Assembly: GCA_047495785.1 (NCBI GenBank)
Contig: JBLDXI010000032.1
Location: forward strand, 1,178,001 to 1,242,000
Reading direction: 5' to 3'
DNA length: 64,000 nt
From: Lepidodermella squamata
Taxonomy: Eukaryota > Animalia > Gastrotricha
This document shows positions 56,658-64,000 of this stretch, one piece after another (position 1 is the first letter of the stretch; every line of letters begins with the position of its first letter). A model generated the notes under the pieces. That model was not told the DNA's origin. It saw only the letters and a list, made by a program, of their open reading frames with translations, and did no database searches. The translations under genes were made by a program, and so were the position numbers.

Positions 56658-59168
56658 TCATTTGTGAACAAACGAGGAGCGATTAGACTCTCTTAGCATG
56701 GAAGGTCCTGGAACAAAACTGTTCCGCGGAGGTTCAGCTAAGAGCACAGATGGGCGGGCTCCAGTCGGAAAGAGCGTTGCGCCGACAACGCAAGCGCTGA
56801 TTATAGCGATAAGAAAACTTAGAGTGGTAATCAAGACAGTAATTGCTGGACTCGAGCCACCTAGCAAAAGTCCGATGAACGCCCCCGCAAAAATGAAGGT
56901 TAAAATGAAGTAGACAGCCATAGCAGTTAGTTTGAGATCTTTGGCGACCACCGGGTCGATTCTTTGCTTTTTGATTAACGCCAGAGTTTTGAACGCCGAG
57001 AATACGGCGATAAATAGCTGGATCCCTAATATTGCCCCGGCAAACGAAATCAGAGCTACAGAAGTAGACGAGCCGAAAAGAGCTGAGAACATCTGGCATT
57101 CGTATCTCTCGAAATGCAACTCCAAACTGGAGTCACTAGCCGAAAGTTGATTGTAAAGAGGAATCATTTCAGACGTGACCCGAGAATTCAAGAGTGTTGA
57201 CAGGACAAAAATCGGTGGTGAAATTGTGATGACGAAGACGCCTTTCGAACGAGAAAACAAACGAAAGCGGGGCTCAGAATTTTCCTGAAATTGTTGCAAG
57301 CTTTTCATTTGTTTTTCGACCAACGCTGATAGTAAGATGGACAGTCCGCAGGTAATCAGCACGGTCATGCCAGAGCAACTACTGCTAGGATCGTTACCAA
57401 CCCCGACTGGAATAAGGAATACGTGACAAATTATAGCTACATTTCCAGCAATAATTGCCATGTCTTCCAACCGTTTTGTTTTCTCTACTTTCCATTTTCT
57501 GATAAGAAAAATGAACAAAACAAATAATACTCCGATTAAGTAGCTGCCTATGCTGATGAGAGCAAAATTAGAGCTAAATAGTAGTAGCGGGACTTCGACT
57601 CTCATTGATCGGATCTCGTCTTTCGGAATATTTCCATCAGCTGTGTTCCAGACGATTTTCTCCCTATAGATCACTAGCTTCTCCGGCTTTCTGTTCGACT
57701 TATAGTAGCCAATAGTTGTTGGTATGGTCTGACCATGGACGACTTTCGTCTGCAAGAATATGATGGGCATACTACCAGTGGGTAAATCAGAATTCGTATC
57801 ATAAGCCCAATCCCCCTTAATTCCCACCAAGTTTATCTCCCCGGCGCTTTGCTTGAGCAAGTCGAGAATTTTTTGAGGGTTTCTCTTGTAATTGGGCGAA
57901 TCCATGGTCCAGTCTGATAGGGTTGAGTCCTCCCGTTGAAGAATAGCCTCTGTACTATTCAAAATGAAACCCGTGATTACAGCGCAATCGTAGTACACAG
58001 GGGTGAAGTACTCATAAGCTGGAGCCATAGTTATGTCATCAACGCTTGTTTTTATGTCATTCAAAAACGCATCTTTGGTGTAACCCATCGAGTCCTTCGC
58101 ATCAGGGCCGAGAACGTCTGCAAGTGGACCATCGGCGAAGAAAATCGACCCGTGCAGAACGTCTAGCACCATACGTCTCGTGCACCATGATGCAACAAAA
58201 TCAGGAATCGGACTGCTTTCATCGTATATAGCCCACGAGACTGTCAGAATTACGATTCCAGCACCGTACATGCCATACTTGTGTAGATAGCATGCGTTCG
58301 CTACAGCAGCCCTGGCAACATTCTGGTAGATTATACGCGGCTCTCTTCTTTTGAGCTCACTGTACAATGAATCCAGCTCATAAGCATCCTCAGTTCCTTC
58401 AAGGAATCTCCCCAGGTACACAATCTGCATTTGGTTCATATCAGCCTCCTTGAGGAAAACTGAGTCAAGCTGGAAATACATCGAAATATTCACCTTATGT
58501 TGGTATCAAAATTTCATGCTTACCATGACACTGTACGAATTTGAGTCTGAAACCACTGCTAGACGTCTCCAGCCCAGTTTTCGAGCGAATTCTAGTCCGG
58601 CCGGGACAAAGTAGTCTTGAGACTCGCCGAATGGCAGATAGTTAGGGTAGCGCTTCTTATCTGCAGCAATTTTAGGGTACAGATAAATATTCCTTCCCAT
58701 CATGTTGAAACCCTTCATGAGATTGACCAGCTTCATCTGGCTCTCAGCGGCAAACTCCATAATTCCAGCTAATGGTAGAACACCCTCGTTCTCGACTTCG
58801 GCGTAGTAACGCAACTTTCGAGCTGTCTCGATGATGGCAGCTGTGTCGTCACTCCGATCGTCGATCAGGTCGAACTGAATGTCATAGCCTGGTAGCCAGT
58901 TAGGCAGGCCTTTCAGCTTCTGGATCGCTGTTCTTAGCGCGATAACAGAGGTAGGTCCTAATGGAGTGTTACCCGTGTAGCTAATCGACATCAGCATTCG
59001 GAGAGTTTTCGCCCTATTTATTTCAGATGCATTGTTATCAAGCCCTTGCCACATATCGGAGCGAATATAACTTGGCATAGGGGTAATCATTGGTATTTGC
59101 TTCGAGTAATTTTGTTGGCCAGCAGAATGTAATGGGAAAATCATCAGCATGGCCGGGAAAAGAAACAT
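56658..59168 (-). CDS. Orphan class C (GABA-B-like) GPCR copy 2, inverted paralog; intron 58470-58523
   Basis: Near-identical translation and same intron position as 43994-46511; open frames. Confidence 0.8.
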
Positions 59169-60935
59169 TGTAAATGAAATATTACAGCGATTTAGCAAGG
59201 TTTGTGAAGATTTGTCGGCAGGAGGAGTTGTACGTTGTACGGAAACCCAGCGATTTTAGTTCACCGTAGTGAGGTGCCGCTTGCGTGATGGCCCTAAAAT
59301 ATTTACCGCACGTGAGAACCATGACGAGGTGAAATTTTACCGCACGGTAGATAGGACGTCATAAATAGCTTTTGCTTCTTAGTACTCTCTGTGCTGAACG
59401 GTAAATAGGTTACCGTCCTTATGCCCCGATGGCTACGTTGTAACTCAGAGCTTTTACGCATGAAAATCGAGCCGAAAATTCAGGTGCACGTGCAAAGGAA
59501 ACACCGGTCGGAAATGAGGGATAAAATTAGGCATTATTTTGATACAGGAAGAAGACATATTAGATGTCTTTTGGCAGCAGTTTTGTCTGGTGGATATAGG
59601 CTTGAACGTGGATGATGGAAATAGCATCCCTGCTGCAGTGCAAAGACGCCTAACCTCTATTAAGACAAACATTAGCGATGCGTAAAACCGTCGATGGCTT
59701 CATTCATGTGTTGGTCGGCAAGGCTACATAGGCCAGCACTAAGATCGGGGAACAGAGGGATGATATCCTGTTCGTCACTGTCCACAAACATTCTTTGCGA
59801 ACAACGGTGGTCAATAACTTGTTTATCCTTTTTCAAAGCTGCTTCCAATCATTCACGCAACAGTTAGGAGTCGTCATTTAGGAAACCCTCAGTAAAACAT
59901 CGTAAATCGGGGTGACTTTGGCATATGTTTAAAGTGATATGATCATTCCCCAGGTGCAAACGGTACCTATTGACTTCCGGGGCCCTCGCCATGGGCACTT
60001 CTACACCCACGGTACGTCTAGGCATCGCAAACATACTGGGGCATCAGGCTCAGTTGGCCACGCCGGTAGGACGAATCATGCGGGCTTATGCAGCGTCGCA
60101 GATTGGAAAATCAGGCGACAGACTTCGCCATCCGCAACCCAGGTGGGACCCGCTTAATCAATCATCTGCCTCCACCCAGGTGACAACCCGACCCACCATG
60201 ACTATTATTTGTTATCTCGACTATCCGTTCCTTTAGAATCTTTCCCAATTTTTGAATGGTGGCAAACTCGACACTTGACCCGTCTTGAAAGCGATATTTC
60301 CTGAGGCCTATTTATGAGGCCTAACTTATAGCAGAAAGTAGGATGAGTAAGCAACAGCCTACAGAATTTCATTAATTGTTTACGCTGGCGAAGTTGGAGT
60401 ACAATCATTAAAAACAGCACAAAACTAAAACCCTATATGTACTTCGTTCCAGAGCGAATCCGTCGCTTATTTGTGCAGCGGATTTATAGACTGCAACGCG
60501 GCTAGAACTTTGGTAACAAACGCTACCAACGGCACAGCAGAATTTATGGACTACCTTGTTAACCCTCAAAGAATTTTTTGAAATTTGTCGCTCTTTAGAG
60601 AAATAAGGATTCACGATGTTTGTCACTGATAGCAAATGTAACACATCCCTTCGATGCGTCGGATTTTACATCAACCCGAATTTCACGAGTTATTCACGAG
60701 TTGGCGAGCCTCGGAAAAACAAACAGTCGTGAAGCGCAATGTTATAACGAGATTCAAATATGTTCATTATCGACGGACGAGCCCTTGCGAGCAATTAGTA
60801 GTGGTAAGGAAGTGAATCTATTGACAGCGCTTTTCAACTGCGTACAATTAAAAACCTATTTATAATTGCGCTTTGCATCTGGATAAAGCAGCCACACCTT
60901 CTGTTTTTTTCATGCTAAAAAGAACTCCTCGCAGA

Positions 60936-62093
60936 ATGTTCCGAGGGAATTTTTGTATTGCTGTTACCCCTCTCTTCGCTTTGATTTTCGTGTCTAGCGG
61001 GCTTGATCCGCCACAATTTGCTAATTTCGAAGCCAGCGCAGTCTTGCTACCACAATGCCACATTTCTCCAACCGCGAATTCGCCGCAAGAATTCGAGGGT
61101 GTTCCAACCCGCATAAATGTTACCATTTTCTTCGATCGATTCATCGAACTGGACGATGTAGCTGAAGTCTTAAGCCTGAACGCTGTTTTCGTTTTGACAT
61201 GGTTCGTGCCCTGTGTCTACAAAATCTACGCCGATCCTGCATCAGGTTGGCCTCCAAAATTAACTCAGGTGAACAATGAACGACCTGAAAATTACTGGTG
61301 GCCGGATGTCGCCCACAAAAATGCAATCAATAACTTGGCGATGAAGGGAGACAGTTTCACACGATTGCTGAGAATAAGCCCTCCTAAATATGGGCTATTT
61401 TTCGGAGCAATCTATGGAACTTTCAGCTCGTTCTGTTCCCTCAACCTGTACACATTTCCGTTCGACCAGCAACGCTGTGAGATAGAATTCATGTTCCAGC
61501 AAACGGCTGACTACCTAGAGATCAACACCATTACCGCGATTACCGTAGACAAATTCATGCCGGCAAATACAAACTGGAAATTTGTGTCCGTGGGTTATAC
61601 GAAAACTTGGTTCTACTCCCCGTTGAGTGGGAACAACTCGAAGGTCATTTTCGATCTTACTTTTCAACGTTACCCGGACTACGTAATCATGAATTTGTTC
61701 ACGCCAAGTTTTTGCCTGAACCTCTTAGAGCTGGCATCGTTCCTCGTGCCGGCAGATGAGCCTGACAGGCCGACCTTTGCCGTTACTGTAATGCTGTCTG
61801 TAATGGTGTTACAGGCGCAGATTCTTAGCAATTTGCCGAAAACACCGCAGCCAATCATTGCAGCGTATTACGTTCTGGCTCAGACGCTGTATGCAATGTG
61901 CTGTACCATTCATGCCGGGGCTATGCTTACGTACGTTCGAGTTTGGCCGAAACGCGCGCATCGAAGCTTTTGCGGGACGAAGCGGCAATTTTTTCGAGCC
62001 ATCGATTCTATTGCCTTCGTTGTATTCGCGGCTCTGCTGTGTGGCATCAACGGAGCTGCATTCTATTTGTTGAAAGCCAACACATCACAATGA
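60936..62093 (+). CDS. Intronless divergent Cys-loop (pentameric) ligand-gated ion channel subunit
   Basis: Signal peptide, WWPDV, Cys-loop CSLNLYTFPFDQQRC, FQR pre-M1, M2 DRPTFAVTVMLS, LPKT, four TM helices; start codon uncertain (60912 or 60936). Confidence 0.9.
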   Translation: MFRGNFCIAVTPLFALIFVSSGLDPPQFANFEASAVLLPQCHISPTANSPQEFEGVPTRINVTIFFDRFIELDDVAEVLSLNAVFVLTWFVPCVYKIYADPASGWPPKLTQVNNERPENYWWPDVAHKNAINNLAMKGDSFTRLLRISPPKYGLFFGAIYGTFSSFCSLNLYTFPFDQQRCEIEFMFQQTADYLEINTITAITVDKFMPANTNWKFVSVGYTKTWFYSPLSGNNSKVIFDLTFQRYPDYVIMNLFTPSFCLNLLELASFLVPADEPDRPTFAVTVMLSVMVLQAQILSNLPKTPQPIIAAYYVLAQTLYAMCCTIHAGAMLTYVRVWPKRAHRSFCGTKRQFFRAIDSIAFVVFAALLCGINGAAFYLLKANTSQ

Positions 62094-62675
62094 ATAGCTT
62101 CTAGCTGAACCATGAGCTGAACAAGATGAACAAGATCTGATACCTAAAAAATCCTGTAATAATAGTTTGATCAGTAAAGGTATTTCCTATAATGTGGAGC
62201 ATGGAGTAATAGAATTGAGCCCGTTGTGTGATATCACGAACCTTTCAACTCTCGCCTTGCCGATGTCGAAAGTGGAGAATTCAAACATCTTAGACTGATT
62301 GGGGTGAATTACTCCACAGCTTTGCCCTTTCAAGATTCTAGTGTTTCAACGATTGGTAAAACGGTGAAACGAAATGAACCATCCAAGCCACGTGATTATC
62401 GCGGCTTTCCCACCAGCTAATTTTTCAAGGGTCAATAGTGTTGAATGTAGAATGCCGTTTTTGGCGACTTTACACATTTTCAGAAGGCATGGATAAATTT
62501 GTTGTAAGCAGCAACCTCTCACTATTATATAGTACGCGATCAGCAACCTCCGAAATATCTTCTCAGTCTCGCCGAGGGATTAATGCTTCATACTCATAAT
62601 CCACTTTGCATCAGCTGCATTCATCTCATTTCGCAACTAGTCATTGGACGCGGCAGAGGGCAGCTTATATATAAC

Positions 62676-63090
62676 ATGAGGCATTTGATATTACTATTCG
62701 CTTTGGTTGCTTTGCTGGTGGATTCAGCTTTCAGTTGTTTTCGTCCTACAAAACCACCTAGCGACGATAACGGTTGGCCATCACGCAGGTATTGATCAGT
62801 TCTCTCGATGATCATGCACTAATCCTCGAATCGTTTTGCAATAGACCAGTTGATCGTGATAGGTTCAGTGAGCGTTGCGGCTTCCATGATTCTACGAGGT
62901 GCTTAAGAAGCGCATGCAGTAGCGGGCTGAGGCCTTCTACATGTCCTGTAAGAAAATTGGCCCCTAAAATTAGTAATTTTTACCTAGCAACCTCTATACG
63001 TTTCAGGAGCAGGCAGAATGCATTCCCATCTGCAACGGATGTCAAGCAGTTTTCGTTGACCGCGAAACTGGGGAGGAAATTTTTTGCTGA
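62676..63090 (+). CDS. 99-aa secreted cysteine-rich peptide; exons 62676-62788, 62845-62947, 63007-63090
   Basis: Two GT-AG introns (56 and 59 nt) give 300 nt: MRHLILLFALVALLVDSAFSCFRPTKPPSDDNGWPSRRPVDRDRFSERCGFHDSTRCLRSACSSGLRPSTCPEQAECIPICNGCQAVFVDRETGEEIFC*. Confidence 0.8.
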
Positions 63091-63280
63091 ACAATAGAGT
63101 ATTGCGAGGCGATTTTTCGCCAAAATAACCTTCAAACATCTTGTTATGAAGATATCCATCAACTTTATTACAGCAGTGGTTTGACTAACAATATTTCTCG
63201 AATTAAATAACCGGGCGGACGATTATATATGTCCCAGAAATGGTTCCTGAATAGCAATTCACAATTAAGCGAAAATACGT

Positions 63281-64000
63281 TTATTTAACGTCAGGCGGAG
63301 GTTGGCATTTGTTGCAGTCATCCATCGCCTGAGTATGCTGTTCGACTTGCAGCGTCAAATCCGCAATGCCGTACTTTGTTTGCAAAATCCTACGACAACG
63401 TTGCAAAACTTCATCGTAAGTGAGCTGTTCCTCAGGTCTATCTGGTGCAAAACCAATGTGAGCTGAAGCCGCAACTTTCGAAACAGTCAACGCCCAGATT
63501 CGAAGGTTATGCACCGATTTGACCCCACGAACTTGAAGCAAATCCTTGGTCATCTTTTCATAATCAACGCCTTTGGGAGCGCCTGAAAAATATAAATTTT
63601 AGGAACAGGATAGAAAATGACTCTATACCAGCTCACCTTCCATTAGAATGTGGAACACGTCTCGCATGATGGTAATTGTCGTGAATAGGACAACAATAGA
63701 GAAAATGAAAGTGCAAATCGGGTCGGCTATCTTGAAATCCGGTTCGAAGTAGATAATCAGAGCCGCAATCATAACACCAATTGATTGACCCAAATCGCCA
63801 AGAATGTGAATCACAGCAGCTCTGACGTTCATGTCCGCCTCGCCCAAACCGCCTTCTTCATGTTCCTCCTCTTCGTGATCGTCATGGTGGCCCTGTTCAA
63901 CGTCTCCGTTCGGCCGGGGAGTCACGCTAAGGGAGAAAGTCTTCAAATGGCCTACAGTCTCAGGTTCTGCTGGGATTATCAAGTTATCTCCCTCAGTAAC
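63281..64000 (-). CDS. ZnT/CDF zinc transporter (SLC30A2/3/8-like), 3' part
   Basis: His-rich loop, [33 protein letters not shown]|[17 protein letters not shown]. Confidence 0.93.

Overview
Gene-dense eukaryotic (animal, small-invertebrate-like) genomic DNA with mostly 40-60 nt GT-AG introns, so the ORF track is fragmented; gene models below were spliced by hand. In order: two tandem sulfotransferases, an intronless YbaK/ProX-family gene beside tRNA-Cys, a LIV-1 ZIP zinc transporter, protein disulfide isomerase, thimet oligopeptidase (two large TE-filled introns), two tandem clan-3-like P450s, synaptogyrin, INTS7, GPR137, a HERC3/4-like ligase, deoxyhypusine synthase (hosting a nested same-strand class C GPCR), a NEK-like kinase, a broken polycystin-channel fragment, an inverted second class C GPCR, an intronless divergent Cys-loop channel, a 3-exon Cys-rich secreted peptide missed by the ORF track, and the 3' part of a ZnT transporter, plus many MITEs and TE remnants. 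Most notable: (1) PDI introns hide a dual-guide H/ACA snoRNA whose two pockets fit 28S sites near the peptidyl-transferase centre, a single-hairpin paralog of it, and a possibly bistable structured intron; (2) operon-like spacing with free splice acceptors (INTS7 to synaptogyrin gap 134 bp), suggesting polycistronic/trans-spliced expression; (3) a cluster of orphan candidate chemosensory receptors; (4) a fold-back repair junction that truncates the polycystin gene. Family assignments and rRNA targets are from recalled motifs; no database search was run.
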